From Thermoanaerobaculia bacterium (lineage in GTDB: Bacteria > Acidobacteriota > Thermoanaerobaculia > Multivoradales > Multivoraceae), in the NCBI GenBank assembly GCA_963664405.1, contig OY761158.1, forward strand, positions 6,624,001-6,688,000: 64,000 nt of DNA, read 5' to 3'. The position numbers were made by a program, and so were the translations under genes. The notes beneath the pieces were generated by a model that searched no databases, had not been told where the DNA came from, and worked only from the letters and a program-made list of their open reading frames with translations. Shown in pieces: positions 49,795 through 62,382 of the stretch; position 1 is the first letter of the stretch, and each line of letters starts with the position of its first letter.

Positions 49795-52170
49795 TCAGAG
49801 AGTAGCGGCGACCTCTTCGCGCTCGTAGACTTCGATGAAGTCGCCTGGTTTGACGTCCTGGAATCGATCGAGCCCGATGCCGCAGTCGAAGCCACTTCGC
49901 ACTTCGGCGGCGTCGTCCTTGAACCGGCGCAGCGACTCGACTCGTCCTTCGTAAACGACGACGTTGTCTCTCAGCAGACGGGCTTTGGCGCCACGAGGAA
50001 TGATGCCCTCGACGACATGGCAGCCGGCAATGGTACCCATCTTCGGGATCTTGAAGGTCTCACGCACCTCGGCTCGGCCTCTGTCGACATCCCGGAAGGT
50101 GGGCTTGAGCAGGCCGGTCATCGCCTTGAGCAGCTCGTCGGTGAGCTCGTAGATGACGGTATGGGTGCGGATTTCCACCCGTTCTTTCGCGGCGAGATCG
50201 GTGGCGGAGCGCTCGGCCCTGACGTTGAAGCCGACTACGATCGCATTGGAAGCGGTCGCGAGAGTCACGTCGTTGGTGGTGATGCCGCCGACGGCGCCAT
50301 GAATGACGCGGACCCTCACCTTTTCGGTCGACAGGTCCGTCAAGGTATCCCTGAGCACTTCGAGAGAACCGTGCACGTCTGCTTTCAAGACGATCGGCAG
50401 CTCTTCGATTTCGCCCTCCTGAATGCGGTCGAAGAGTTGCTCCAGAGAAAGCGAGCCATGGGTTGGGAGCAGTTCTCTTTGTCGCGCTTCATCGCGACGG
50501 AATCTCGCGATGCTTCGGGCCCGCTGCTCGTTCTCGACAACTTGGAAGATGTCTCCGGCCGCGGGCACCTCGCCGAATCCGGTTACTTCCACCGGGCTCG
50601 CCGGTCCGGCCTCCTGAATGCGGGTGCCGGTGTCTTCACTCATCGAGCGCACTTTGCCGAAGGTCGAGCCCGATACGAATACGTCGCCCACGCGCAGGGT
50701 GCCGCTCTGCACCAGCACGGTAGCGATGTTTCCCTTACCGGGGTCCTTTCGAGCTTCCAGAACGGTGCCCTGCGCGGCAACGTCGGGGTCTGCCTTGAGG
50801 TCGAGTAGGTCGGCCGTCAGCAGCAGGATCTCGAGCATCTCGTCGATGCCCTCGCCCTTGAGGGCGGACATGGGGATGGCAGGAACATCGCCGCCCCACT
50901 CTTCGACCATGATGTCGTGGTCGGCGAGATCCTTCTTGACTCGGTCGGGATTGGCGTTCGGTTTGTCGATCTTGTTGATCGCTACCGCGATCGGAACGTT
51001 GCCCTCTTTGGCGTGGTTGATCGCCTCGACGGTCTGAGCCATGACGCTGTCGTCGGCCGCTACGACCAGCACGACGATGTCGGTGACCTTCGCACCGCGA
51101 GCGCGTAGCTTGGTGAAGGCTTCATGGCCTGGGGTGTCGATGAAGACCACTTTGCGACCATGGACATCGACGGTATGGGCACCGATGTGCTGAGTGATGC
51201 CGCCAGACTCGGAAGCGGCGACCCGAGAAGAGCGGATGGCGTCTAGGAGCGAGGTCTTGCCGTGGTCGACATGCCCCATGACGGTGATTACGGGGGCCCG
51301 CGGGCACAGGTTGGCTTCGCGGTCCGGGGCAAGTAGCTCTTCTTCGAGCTGGACCTCTTCCTCGAAGGAGACCTGCAGGGTCTCGAAGCCCAATTCTTCG
51401 GCCAGCTTCTCGGCGAGAGCGCCATCGAGAGTGTGGTTGATCGAGGCCATGATCCCGCGCTTCATGAGAAGCTGAATCACCTCCTTGGACCTCACTCCCA
51501 GCTTGTCCGCGAAATCGCGTACCCTCATGCCCTCGGTGATCGTTACGGGGGGGCGCTCCGAGCCCGGTTCGGTGTCCGAATCCGGCGCGACATCGCGGCG
51601 GTCTTTGCGTCGTTGGCGACGAGCCGAGGCCCGGGCTTCTGCGGACTCCTCGGCCGGAGCCGGCGTCGTTTTAGTTCCGTCTTGCCCTCGAGTCTCGACC
51701 TGGGTCTCGGAAGGCGCGCTCGTGTCGATACTTGCGCTAGCGCTCTCTCCCGCTGGAAGTGCGGCGCCCGTCGTTGCCGTCGCAGCAGCCTCCGGGGTCA
51801 CGGCTACCGGGCGGTCTTCACTCGGAGCCCCGGCGGGCTTGTCCCTGGCTGAGGGGATGGTCTTGATTCGGGGCTCGATGCGCTGAATGAGCGGTCGTCT
51901 CCGCGGGCCGCGGAGGGGGTTCGGCGGCACCCGTCGCGGCGGCGGCCTGCGAGCTGCCGGAGGAGCGTTGACCGCCGACTCAGGGTCGCGCAAAATTACC
52001 TCACGCGGCTGATGAAGCTTCTTGCCGGTCATGATCGCTTGGATCACCTCGGCGTCAATGGACTGGTCCTCGCCTTCGAGGCGTACACCGATGGATCTCA
52101 ACTTGAAGATGAGGTCCTGCAGGGGGACCCCCATCTTCGTTGCCAGATCGCTCACCTGAATCTTCGCCAT
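49795..52170 (-). CDS. infB: Translation initiation factor IF-2
   Basis: [34 protein letters not shown]. Confidence 0.98.
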   Translation of the reverse strand: MAKIQVSDLATKMGVPLQDLIFKLRSIGVRLEGEDQSIDAEVIQAIMTGKKLHQPREVILRDPESAVNAPPAARRPPPRRVPPNPLRGPRRRPLIQRIEPRIKTIPSARDKPAGAPSEDRPVAVTPEAAATATTGAALPAGESASASIDTSAPSETQVETRGQDGTKTTPAPAEESAEARASARRQRRKDRRDVAPDSDTEPGSERPPVTITEGMRVRDFADKLGVRSKEVIQLLMKRGIMASINHTLDGALAEKLAEELGFETLQVSFEEEVQLEEELLAPDREANLCPRAPVITVMGHVDHGKTSLLDAIRSSRVAASESGGITQHIGAHTVDVHGRKVVFIDTPGHEAFTKLRARGAKVTDIVVLVVAADDSVMAQTVEAINHAKEGNVPIAVAINKIDKPNANPDRVKKDLADHDIMVEEWGGDVPAIPMSALKGEGIDEMLEILLLTADLLDLKADPDVAAQGTVLEARKDPGKGNIATVLVQSGTLRVGDVFVSGSTFGKVRSMSEDTGTRIQEAGPASPVEVTGFGEVPAAGDIFQVVENEQRARSIARFRRDEARQRELLPTHGSLSLEQLFDRIQEGEIEELPIVLKADVHGSLEVLRDTLTDLSTEKVRVRVIHGAVGGITTNDVTLATASNAIVVGFNVRAERSATDLAAKERVEIRTHTVIYELTDELLKAMTGLLKPTFRDVDRGRAEVRETFKIPKMGTIAGCHVVEGIIPRGAKARLLRDNVVVYEGRVESLRRFKDDAAEVRSGFDCGIGLDRFQDVKPGDFIEVYEREEVAATL

Positions 52171-52200
52171 GCGAGAATTGCCTCCGCGACGCCAGTCGGT

Positions 52201-53736
52201 CTAGTTCTGCCCTTCAGGAGGATCGATAGCCGCCGGCTTTGGCTCTTGCGACCCCTCCGTCGCATCGTCGCCGTCTCCGGCCTCCGGCGCCTCGCCGTCC
52301 GCCGGCGCTTCGCCGCTCTCACTTTCTTGAAAGGCTTTGCTGAGAGCCGCCATGAAGTCGGAGTCTCCCATCGGTGAAGATTCGGCATCCGCGGACGGTG
52401 CCTCCACTTCCGCTTCCTCTTTCTCTTCGAGCTTGGCCTGCTCCTGGCCGGCCCACTCCTGCAGCGCGGCAACCGTCGAAGGGCCGACGCTCTCAACCTC
52501 TTGCAGCTCGCTCGGCGTTGCTTCGAGCAAGCGGTCGAGGCTATCGAAGCCCGCAGCCTGCAAGTGAGACGCGGTCTCTTCACTGATGCCGGGTACCGTG
52601 GAAAGCTCGAAGGTGGGTGTCTCTTCGTCGCCCAACGAGGTTTGCAGCATCCGCGCCAAGGCGCCGGCGACCTCGTCCTTGACGTCGGTCTCGCTCTTGA
52701 CGTCGATCTTGCTCTTCAGCAGCTCAGCAGCCAGACGTACGTTCTGGCCTCTTTTTCCGATCGCCAGAGAGAGTTGCTCGTCTTCGACGATCACGTCGAG
52801 GTGCGGAACGTCTCCGACGTGGGTAACGGAGACCCGGGTGATTTTGGCGGGAGCCAAGGCGCTCTGGGCGAAGGTGACGAGGTCGTCGCTGTATTCGATG
52901 ATGTCGATCTTTTCGCCGCGTAGCTCGCGGATGATCGACTGAACTCGCGAGCCCTTCATCCCTACGCACGCTCCGACCGGGTCAACGTCCCGCTCGCGAC
53001 TGAAAACAGCGACCTTCGCGCGCTCTCCGGGAGCTCGCACCGCGGTTCGGATCACCACGGTACCGTCGTAGATCTCGGGTACCTCCATCTCGAAGAGCTT
53101 GACCAGCAGCCGGGGGTCGGTCCGAGACAGAACGATCTGGGGGCCCTTGGGCTGGGTGTGGACCTCGATGATCACGCCACGGATGCGCTCGCCCTGGCTG
53201 TAACGCTCGTGCCGCGACTGCTCGCCCCTCGGCACCACGGCTTCCACCCCTCCGAGGTCGATGATGATGTCGCCGCGCTCGAAGCGTCGCACGGTGCCAT
53301 TGAGCACGTCTCCGACCTTCTCTTCGTATTCCTTGAAGATCTTTTCTCGCTCAGCCTCGCGGATACGCTGGTAGAGCACCTGCTTTGCCGACTGAGCGGC
53401 GATGCGGCCTAGGCCTTCGGTCGAGATCGGGAGGTGTATCTCCTCTCCGACGGTGGCGTCGGTCTTATGATCCTTGGCCTCTTCGAGGCTCCACTCGGCT
53501 AGCGGATCTTCGACCTCTTCAACAACCTGCTTAACGATGAAAGCCTCGAAGTTGCCGGTCTGCAGGTCGAGGATGCTACGAACGGGCTCCTTGATGCGGT
53601 GCTGCTTTTTTGCCGCCGAAGCCATCGCGTCTTCTAGCGCGGAGACCCACCGAGTCATATCGATGTCCTTTTCGTGGGCGACCTGCCGTAAGACTTCGGC
53701 GAGATCCAGCTCTTGTGTTTGCGTTGCCATCGCCAT
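52201..53736 (-). CDS. nusA: Transcription factor NusA
   Basis: GRIAAQSAKQ, EVPEI.DG, DPVGACVG..GSR, SLAIGKRGQNVRLA; C-terminal HhH and acidic tail. Confidence 0.97.
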   Translation of the reverse strand: MAMATQTQELDLAEVLRQVAHEKDIDMTRWVSALEDAMASAAKKQHRIKEPVRSILDLQTGNFEAFIVKQVVEEVEDPLAEWSLEEAKDHKTDATVGEEIHLPISTEGLGRIAAQSAKQVLYQRIREAEREKIFKEYEEKVGDVLNGTVRRFERGDIIIDLGGVEAVVPRGEQSRHERYSQGERIRGVIIEVHTQPKGPQIVLSRTDPRLLVKLFEMEVPEIYDGTVVIRTAVRAPGERAKVAVFSRERDVDPVGACVGMKGSRVQSIIRELRGEKIDIIEYSDDLVTFAQSALAPAKITRVSVTHVGDVPHLDVIVEDEQLSLAIGKRGQNVRLAAELLKSKIDVKSETDVKDEVAGALARMLQTSLGDEETPTFELSTVPGISEETASHLQAAGFDSLDRLLEATPSELQEVESVGPSTVAALQEWAGQEQAKLEEKEEAEVEAPSADAESSPMGDSDFMAALSKAFQESESGEAPADGEAPEAGDGDDATEGSQEPKPAAIDPPEGQN

Positions 53737-53742
53737 CACTTC

Positions 53743-54210
53743 CTATATGTCGATCTCCAACCGAGCGGCTTCAACCGCGGTGAGGGGTAGGCATGTGGTC
53801 AGCTGGCTTTCTCGCTCACGAATGGCCACTGAGCCTCCAGCTCGCTCGGTATCAAAGTCCCCCAGAGTGCCAACTACGGTCTTAAGGTCCCCGGTGGCCG
53901 AGTCACGAAAAGTGACGCGGACCAGCTCGCCACGGAATCTCCGATAGTCATTTGGTCCGTATAACTTGCGGTCGAGCCCCGGAGAGCTCACCTCGAGCAC
54001 ATAGCTCGTCGAGTCGGTGTCCTCGAGGTCGAGGATGAGTGAGGCCTGTCTAGAGAAGCTCTCGCAGTGTTCGAGGGTCACTCCGTCTGGATGATCGAGA
54101 GTCAAACGGAGAGTACCGCCCTTGAGCTCGACCTCGAGCAACTCGCAGCCCTCCGCCGACGCGATCTTCGCTAGCTCTTCCTCAGTCTTCTGATCCACTT
54201 GCGATGCCAT
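53743..54210 (-). CDS. rimP: Ribosome maturation factor RimP
   Basis: Y.LEVSSPGLDR.L; first gene of the nusA-infB operon. Confidence 0.94.
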   Translation of the reverse strand: MASQVDQKTEEELAKIASAEGCELLEVELKGGTLRLTLDHPDGVTLEHCESFSRQASLILDLEDTDSTSYVLEVSSPGLDRKLYGPNDYRRFRGELVRVTFRDSATGDLKTVVGTLGDFDTERAGGSVAIRERESQLTTCLPLTAVEAARLEIDI

Positions 54211-54232
54211 AAGTTCAGATACTCTTTCCACC

Positions 54233-54260
54233 AACAAAAAAGCGGGCACGAAGCCCACTT
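54233..54260 (-). promoter_or_regulatory. rimP leader hairpin / attenuator
   Basis: AAGTGGGC-TTCGT-GCCCGCTTTTTTGTT, the hairpin plus U-tract commonly found just before rimP. Confidence 0.7.
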
Positions 54261-54446
54261 CTCAGACGTGCGACACGCGGGCGTCGACGAGGTTCCCCAT
54301 CGACCGCGAGAGTATAGGTGAAGACGGCCCCTCCTTCAAGGTCTGCGAGCCCTGCCGAGGCTCGGTCATGGCGCACCAGGAGCGGCCAAATTGGCATCTT
54401 TGGAGCGCCCTCGCACCGGCGGTCCAGGTGCGCGGCGCTTGCATTG

Positions 54447-54462
54447 TGGCAGGGCATTTGCA
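54447..54462 (+). promoter_or_regulatory. Candidate sigma-54 promoter of degP
   Basis: TGGCAGGGCATTTGCA, one mismatch to TGGCACG-N4-TTGCW, ~65 bp before the start. Confidence 0.6.
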
Positions 54463-54526
54463 ACGCTCTCTACTCAGACGGGCGGATCCGCCTTGGATTT
54501 CGGATCTCTAGAAAGGATCATCTTTG

Positions 54527-56014
54527 ATGAAGACGAACCGCGGTCACTTCTTCCTGACGCTTTTACTCGCGTTTGCAGCCGTCATCTTCGGCATGGTGTT
54601 GGCCGGGGGTAGTCGGCTCACCCCTTCAGGGTTCTCTGCTCCGGGTCCTCAGCGCGTTTCTGCACCTGCCGCAGCCAACGTTCCCCTTCCTAGCTTCGCC
54701 GATCTCGCCGAGGCTGTGCTGCCGGCAGTCGTCACTGTACAGGTGAAGTCGATTCAGACCGGCGCCCAGCGGCGCACGCCGTTCGAGTTCTTCTTCGGAC
54801 CGCAAGGCCAGGGCGGGGAAGAGCCTGAGCGAGAGTTTCGTTCCGAGGGTACCGGTAGCGGTTTCGTGATTTCGAGTGACGGCTGGATCGTGACTAACAA
54901 TCATGTCGTCGAAGACGCCACCACTGTGGAGGTGGTCCTCGACGATCGCGAATACGCCGCCGAAGTGAAGGGAAGAGACCCGGCAACGGATCTCGCACTA
55001 CTCAAGGTAGATATCGATCGCGATCTCCCCTACCTCGGCCTAGCTCAGACCGACGAGTTACGAGTGGGAGATTGGGTGATGGCGGTGGGGAGTCCGCTCC
55101 TGCTCAGCCAGTCGGTGACCGTGGGAGTGGTCAGCGCAAAGGGCCGCAGTAACTTGAATATCACCGACAGCTCGTTCGAGAATTTCATCCAGACCGATGC
55201 GGCGATCAATCGGGGTAACTCGGGTGGCCCGCTGGTGAACCTCAGAGGAGAAGTCGTAGGCATCAACACGGCGATGAACTTTGGCGCCGAGAATGTCGGT
55301 TTTGCAGTGCCGGTCAGCACACTGAACGGGGTCCTGGATCAGCTCCAGTCGACCGGTCATGTGCGCCGTGGCTATCTAGGTGTGAACATCACCAACCTCG
55401 ATCACGACTCGGCCGAGGCTTTTGGTGTCGACTCGACCGATGGTGCTCTGGTGCAAGAAGTGGTAGCCAATAGCCCCGCTCAGGAGGCCGGCCTGCGTAA
55501 CGGCGACATCATTACCCGCGTCGACGGGCAGTCCATCCGGAACACACGCCAGCTCATCGACTACATCGCGGCGAAGCCGCCGGACTCGAAGGTCCAGGTC
55601 GACGTCCTGCGTGGGGGACGGTCTCAGGAGCGGACGATCACTCTTGGAGAACGCGAGGGAGCTACGGTCGCAGAGGCTGACAGCGAGCCCGAAGAGAGCG
55701 AGATGGAGTGGCTGGGCCTGCAATATCAGGACCTGACATCCGATCTGCGCCGGCAGACAGGGATCCCTCGCAGTATCAGCGGCGTATTTATTTCTGATGT
55801 CGCCGCTTCGAGTCCGCTCATCGACGAGGCCGTACGCCCCGGAAATGTCATCGTCGAGGTCAACGGAGAGGATGTTGGCAACCTGGATGAATTCGAAGAG
55901 CTGGTGGAGACGGTCGAGCCCGGTGGCTTTCTCCGTCTTTACGTTCGCCGATTCAGAGGCGGCGGTAGCGAACAGGGCTTCTTCGCGATTGTTCGAGTAC
56001 CGGTGCGTGAGTGA
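54527..56014 (+). CDS. HtrA/DegP (Do/DegQ) serine protease
   Basis: GSGF, TNNHVV, DLAL, QTDAAINRGNSGGPL, two PDZ domains. Confidence 0.95.
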   Translation: MKTNRGHFFLTLLLAFAAVIFGMVLAGGSRLTPSGFSAPGPQRVSAPAAANVPLPSFADLAEAVLPAVVTVQVKSIQTGAQRRTPFEFFFGPQGQGGEEPEREFRSEGTGSGFVISSDGWIVTNNHVVEDATTVEVVLDDREYAAEVKGRDPATDLALLKVDIDRDLPYLGLAQTDELRVGDWVMAVGSPLLLSQSVTVGVVSAKGRSNLNITDSSFENFIQTDAAINRGNSGGPLVNLRGEVVGINTAMNFGAENVGFAVPVSTLNGVLDQLQSTGHVRRGYLGVNITNLDHDSAEAFGVDSTDGALVQEVVANSPAQEAGLRNGDIITRVDGQSIRNTRQLIDYIAAKPPDSKVQVDVLRGGRSQERTITLGEREGATVAEADSEPEESEMEWLGLQYQDLTSDLRRQTGIPRSISGVFISDVAASSPLIDEAVRPGNVIVEVNGEDVGNLDEFEELVETVEPGGFLRLYVRRFRGGGSEQGFFAIVRVPVRE

Positions 56015-56067
56015 CGGGGCCTCGATCTCGAGAGTGCTTTCGTGATGGATCACGCTAGACTTGTGTC

Positions 56068-57476
56068 GTGACGACAGGCTTAGGAGCGAAGCCGCGGGCA
56101 GAGACTAAGGGCTCGGTTCTCGTCGTGGATGACGAGCAGGCGATTCGAGAGAGCTTGCGGATGGTCCTCGAGTACGAGGGCTACAGAGTCGACGAGGCCT
56201 CCTCGGGCCGCGAGGCGCTGGCCAAACTGGCCGAGCGACCGGGCCAGGCGGTGCTATTGGACATCAAGATGCCCGAGATGGACGGTCTCTCGGTGCTGAG
56301 TGCTCTGCGCGAGCGCGGCTACGAGATGCCGGTTCTCATGATCAGCGGCCACGGTGACATCGCAACCGCGGTCGAGGCGACTCGCCGCGGGGCTTTCGAC
56401 TTTCTCGAGAAGCCGCTCCAGCGTGAGCGAATGCTCGTGGCTCTGCGCAACGCGGTCGAGAGCAGTCGTCTGAAGCGCGAGAATCAGAACTTTCGATCCC
56501 AGCCAGAAGAGTTGATCGGAGATTCGACGGCGATGCGGGCGCTGCGGGCCACCATAGCCAAAGCGGCGCCGACGACCGCCACCGTACTGGTGACGGGCGA
56601 GAGCGGCACTGGCAAGGAGTTGATTGCGGGCGCTCTTCACCGACAGAGTCAGCGCCAAGGGGGCCCTCTCATCCAAGTCAACTGTGCCGCCATCCCCGAT
56701 GAGCTCATCGAGTCGGAGCTCTTCGGACATGAGAAGGGGAGCTTCACCGGGGCGGTGCGCAAGCAGATAGGGAAGTTTGTCGCCGCCGACGGGGGCACAA
56801 TCTTTCTCGACGAGATCGGAGACATGTCTGCGCGCACCCAGGCCAAGGTGCTGCGGGTTCTGGAAGACGGCGAAGTGGAGCCGGTTGGAGCCGCCGGTTC
56901 GGTTCGAGTGGATGTGCGTGTGCTGGCCGCGACGCATCGGGACCTTCTTGGCGAGATCGAGGAGGGTCGATTCCGCGAAGACCTCTACTATCGGCTCAAT
57001 GTGATCCCGGTGATCTCGCCGCCATTACGAGACCGGCTCGAAGACGTGCCGATGCTCGTCAAGCACTTCGTGGGGCGCTTTGGCGGCAACAACGGGTACC
57101 GCCCGAAGAGTTTCGACGCCGGCGCGCTTGCACAACTCAAGAGCCTTCCCTGGAAGGGGAATGTGCGTGAACTGAAGAATCTGGTCGAACGGCTGCTTAT
57201 TCTCGGCTCCGGAGACACGATCTCTAAAGAGGACGTGCTCGCCAGCTATGGAGGCGCCGAGCTCGAGCTCTCAGGGAGCCTGACCGGTGTAGCGACCCTA
57301 AGAGAGTTCCGCGAGGTCTCGGAGCGACTCTTCCTCCTCGATAAGCTGCGCGATCAGGGCTGGAACGTAACCCGGACAGCCCAGGTGATCGACACGCCGC
57401 GGAGCAATCTCTACAAGAAGATGGAGCAGTACAACATCCGTCGAGAAGGTTCCGAGAAGCAGAAAGGGGAGTCAGG

Positions 57477-57480
<4 letters not shown>
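56068..57480 (+). CDS. Sigma-54-dependent response regulator (NtrC/NtrX family)
   Basis: Receiver (DD, LLDIKMP, KP), [34 protein letters not shown]-terminal HTH. Confidence 0.95.
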
Positions 57481-59210
<1,730 letters not shown>

Positions 59211-59236
59211 AGGGACCGAAACGAGGAAACGCGGGT

Positions 59237-60085
59237 CTAGTGCCCAGGGCGGCGGCAGATCACCGCGGTGTCACCCTTCTCGGCGAGCTCTTTCTCGAAG
59301 TGGCTGACGATCAGGTCGCGGCGCGACACTAAGGCTCGAATCTCTGGCTTCCGGAGCACATCCTCCAATCTGGCGGTCAACGACTCTACTGTCAGCGTCC
59401 TCAGAGCTTCGAAGACCCTGGCGTCGATCCTGGCGTTGGCGATCTCACCCGGCGACCTCAGTTTTTTATCGACTCGAAATGCCCGAGTGAAGTCGATCAG
59501 CACGATCTGCCATTCGGTGGTGATCAACAGATTTCCCAGGTTGGCGTCGGTGTTGTAGATCAGCTCGTTGAAGATTCTGGCCTGCTGCATCTGGTCGTTC
59601 CACTCACTCGGACTCGGAGGCTCGATCCTCTTCTCGTATCTCTCTCGCTCCATCATCAGAACGTCGTCGGCCCACCAGGTGAGGGCGCCGTCGGTACCGT
59701 CGACTTTGCGCTTCACCGAAACCGGAATCATCCCGAGATTCAGCATCCGGTCGAGGCGGTAGGCGGCGATGTTGTATCTGTAGCTATCGCGGAAGTTGAG
59801 CTCTGTCCCTCTCTCGCCCCGAAAGGAGGCCTTGTGGACGTCGATGACCTGGAGGCTGGCATCGTGAGTGATTCGCCCGTCGGACAGAGTGAGACGCCGA
59901 GTTTCGGTAATGCCTGTGGGGACGTGGGTCGACTTGATGATCTTCGCTTCGCGCAGGAAGGTCTCGGTCTCTTCGTCTGAGAGAACCGCCTGGACTGGAG
60001 ATGCTCTCGCCTGCGCTCGAGCGGGCGGAGACGTGACAGCGCCCAGGACGAATAGAGAGCAGCCGGCGATCCAAACCTTGTTCAT
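59237..60085 (-). CDS. Secreted kinase-like hypothetical protein
   Basis: Signal peptide; AAYRLDRML..IP, IFNELIYNTDANLGN, LIDFTRAF. Confidence 0.7.
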   Translation of the reverse strand: MNKVWIAGCSLFVLGAVTSPPARAQARASPVQAVLSDEETETFLREAKIIKSTHVPTGITETRRLTLSDGRITHDASLQVIDVHKASFRGERGTELNFRDSYRYNIAAYRLDRMLNLGMIPVSVKRKVDGTDGALTWWADDVLMMERERYEKRIEPPSPSEWNDQMQQARIFNELIYNTDANLGNLLITTEWQIVLIDFTRAFRVDKKLRSPGEIANARIDARVFEALRTLTVESLTARLEDVLRKPEIRALVSRRDLIVSHFEKELAEKGDTAVICRRPGH

Positions 60086-60134
60086 CGGATGTGCCCTTCG
60101 CTGTTGAGGGGTCGATTGTAACCCGCGGCCTTGC

Positions 60135-60803
60135 TTAGGGCCGCTCACTCCCTTGAATAGCCGCCTCCACTTCGGGCGAGAAGAGCGAGAGCACCGGCAG
60201 CGCGAAATGCCGTCGCAGCTCCTGACGTCGAATACGCTCTTTCGCCGCCGAGATCTCGTCGGGAGCAAAATTCTCGGTGAGGGGCTGCAGGCGGTCCGAG
60301 ACGCGTTGCTCGAGGGCTTCGGCCTGTTTTGTGTCGAGGTCGGCTTCGGCCTGTTTCACCATCGTCGCGTCGAGCTCGAGGAGACGGTTCTCGACGGTTT
60401 CGAGGCGCCCGCCATCGAAGGCGCGGATCGAGCCGGCCAAGGCCTCGCTTTTTGACCAACCCGACGGCAAACTGGAGGCGAGGGCATCGAGGCGCCGCTC
60501 GACATCGAAGCTTCCACCACTAGCTATCTCTGCGGGACCGCGAAGCTCTGTGATCTGTCGCCACGCCTTTTCGACTGCCGGGCGACAGTAGCGAAGGCCC
60601 GAGACTCGACCCTCCTGGCCGCGGGCACGACGGCCTTCGAAAATCTCTTCGAGAGCTGTGATCACGATCTCCAGTGGTATGCCGACCTCTCGCCATCGTT
60701 GCGCGATCCGCCAATCCGCCGGTGCCAGCAGCAGGGGAGCGCCGCGGAGCCGGATGAAAGCTCTCTCTAGCGCTTGGAAGTAGCGGAGCTCTTCGCTTTC
60801 CAC
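60135..60803 (-). CDS. Hypothetical protein
   Basis: YF..LE..F..LRG.PLLL.P.DW...W...GIP; follows coaX in the operon. Confidence 0.75.
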   Translation of the reverse strand: MESEELRYFQALERAFIRLRGAPLLLAPADWRIAQRWREVGIPLEIVITALEEIFEGRRARGQEGRVSGLRYCRPAVEKAWRQITELRGPAEIASGGSFDVERRLDALASSLPSGWSKSEALAGSIRAFDGGRLETVENRLLELDATMVKQAEADLDTKQAEALEQRVSDRLQPLTENFAPDEISAAKERIRRQELRRHFALPVLSLFSPEVEAAIQGSERP

Positions 60804-60808
60804 TGTGG

Positions 60809-61603
60809 TCAGCCGAAGTTCAGCTGGCAGATCTGGCGGAGGCCGATCAGAGTCAAATTCGGATCAACCCGCTGGATGTGGCGGGAGCCGGAGGCGATCA
60901 TCTCGGACTCTCCACCGGTCGCGATTACAGGGCAGCCAGGGGGCAAGTCGGCGAGGAGCCGTTCGAGGATGCCGTCGATAAGGCCGATGTAGCCATAATA
61001 GAGACCTGCTTGAATCGCCTCGGAGGTGTTGCTGCCGAGGATCTTTTCGGGCTTGCGCACGTCGACCTTGTAAAGACGAGAGGCTCGAGCAAAGAGAGCC
61101 TCCGCCGAGATGCCGAGACCTGGGGTTATGACTCCGCCGATATAGGCGCCGTCGGTCGCGATCACGTCGAAGGTGATCGCGGTACCGAAGTCGACAGCAA
61201 TTACGGGGGCGCCGCAGAGTTGTCGAGCCGCGACTGCATTGACGATGCGATCCGCACCGACCTCGTCGGGGTTGGCGTAGCGCACCTCGATCCCGGTGTC
61301 GAGGCCAGGGCTCACGAAAACTGCCTGGGTGTTGAAATGGTCCGTCGCCAGGTGTTCCAAGTGCATATTGACCGGCGGAACGACCGAGGAGACCATGACC
61401 GCACCGACTTCGTCGGGGTCGACGCCGCGCCGGGAGAGTAGAGGCAGGAGCAGGGCGGCGTACTCGTCGGCCGTTCGCTGGCCCTCGGTTGAGATCCGGA
61501 AGTCTTGCACCAGATCGTTACCGCGGAAGATGCCGAAGACCGAGTTCGTGTTGCCGACATCGACGACCAGAATCAGCTTCTCGAGATGCGCGGTTGCGCT
61601 CAT
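60809..61603 (-). CDS. coaX: Type III pantothenate kinase
   Basis: DVGNTN, SSVVP, VGADR, VDFGTA.TFD, ATGG. Confidence 0.95.
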   Translation of the reverse strand: MSATAHLEKLILVVDVGNTNSVFGIFRGNDLVQDFRISTEGQRTADEYAALLLPLLSRRGVDPDEVGAVMVSSVVPPVNMHLEHLATDHFNTQAVFVSPGLDTGIEVRYANPDEVGADRIVNAVAARQLCGAPVIAVDFGTAITFDVIATDGAYIGGVITPGLGISAEALFARASRLYKVDVRKPEKILGSNTSEAIQAGLYYGYIGLIDGILERLLADLPPGCPVIATGGESEMIASGSRHIQRVDPNLTLIGLRQICQLNFG

Positions 61604-62382
61604 TCGATCACCTCCCCGCTGGTTAAGAGACGCTCTTGACCCTGGATCTCGAGGCGTAGAAACCCATGCCCGTCAAACCCGAGGAAAGTGCCTTCGATCT
61701 CCTCTCCGGCGACCCGACACCGCAACGAGTCTCCCTGCCGGTGTGCCGTCAGCTCTTGATAACTGCGGTTGGCGTAGCTCTTGTCGCCGACGTGTACGAG
61801 CTCGGTAGAGACTCCGGCTACGAGCGAGCAGACGAAACGAGAAAGCGGCGGCGGGGCTTCGACCTCCAGCCGCAGGGATGTCGAGACCGCCGTTGGGAGC
61901 TGGGCGGCGGTATGGCCATGGTTGAGCCCGAGGCCGATGAGCGCCGCTACCGACCCTGAGGCGTTCGACACCGTCTCGATCAGTATGCCTCCGATCTTGC
62001 GGCCGCCGACGTGGATGTCGTTCGGCCATTTCAGCTCCGCTTCGCATGCCAACTCGGACCGCAGCGTTCGGGCGATACCGACGCCGGTGAGGAGGGGCAG
62101 GGTTTGGAGGTCATCCTCCGCGATCTCGCGGACTATGGTGAGGTAGGCACCGAGTCCCCGCTGGCTGATCCAAGACCTTCCTTGACGGCCTCTGCCGGCA
62201 GTTTGTTTGAGCGCGAGGACGGTTACCTCCGGACAGGCGCCGCCTTCTTGCTGGAACTCTTCGACCAGTCGCCGAGCGAACAAGTTAGTCGAGTCCAGCT
62301 CGGCGGCGAAGATCAAGCTGCCGAGCTTCGTTTGGCTCCAGTCAGCGTCGAGCTCCTCGACCAGCTGAGAGAACGTGCTCAC
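61600..62382 (-). CDS. birA: Biotin--protein ligase
   Basis: STN, QTAGRGRQGRSW, KWPND, KIGGIL; no N-terminal HTH. Confidence 0.93.
   Translation of the reverse strand: MSTFSQLVEELDADWSQTKLGSLIFAAELDSTNLFARRLVEEFQQEGGACPEVTVLALKQTAGRGRQGRSWISQRGLGAYLTIVREIAEDDLQTLPLLTGVGIARTLRSELACEAELKWPNDIHVGGRKIGGILIETVSNASGSVAALIGLGLNHGHTAAQLPTAVSTSLRLEVEAPPPLSRFVCSLVAGVSTELVHVGDKSYANRSYQELTAHRQGDSLRCRVAGEEIEGTFLGFDGHGFLRLEIQGQERLLTSGEVIE

Noticed and set aside
44573-50808. Long + strand ORFs opposite pnp, truB and infB, and similar shadow ORFs across the window
   Set aside because: Antisense shadows expected in GC-rich coding DNA; the opposite strand encodes well-conserved proteins.
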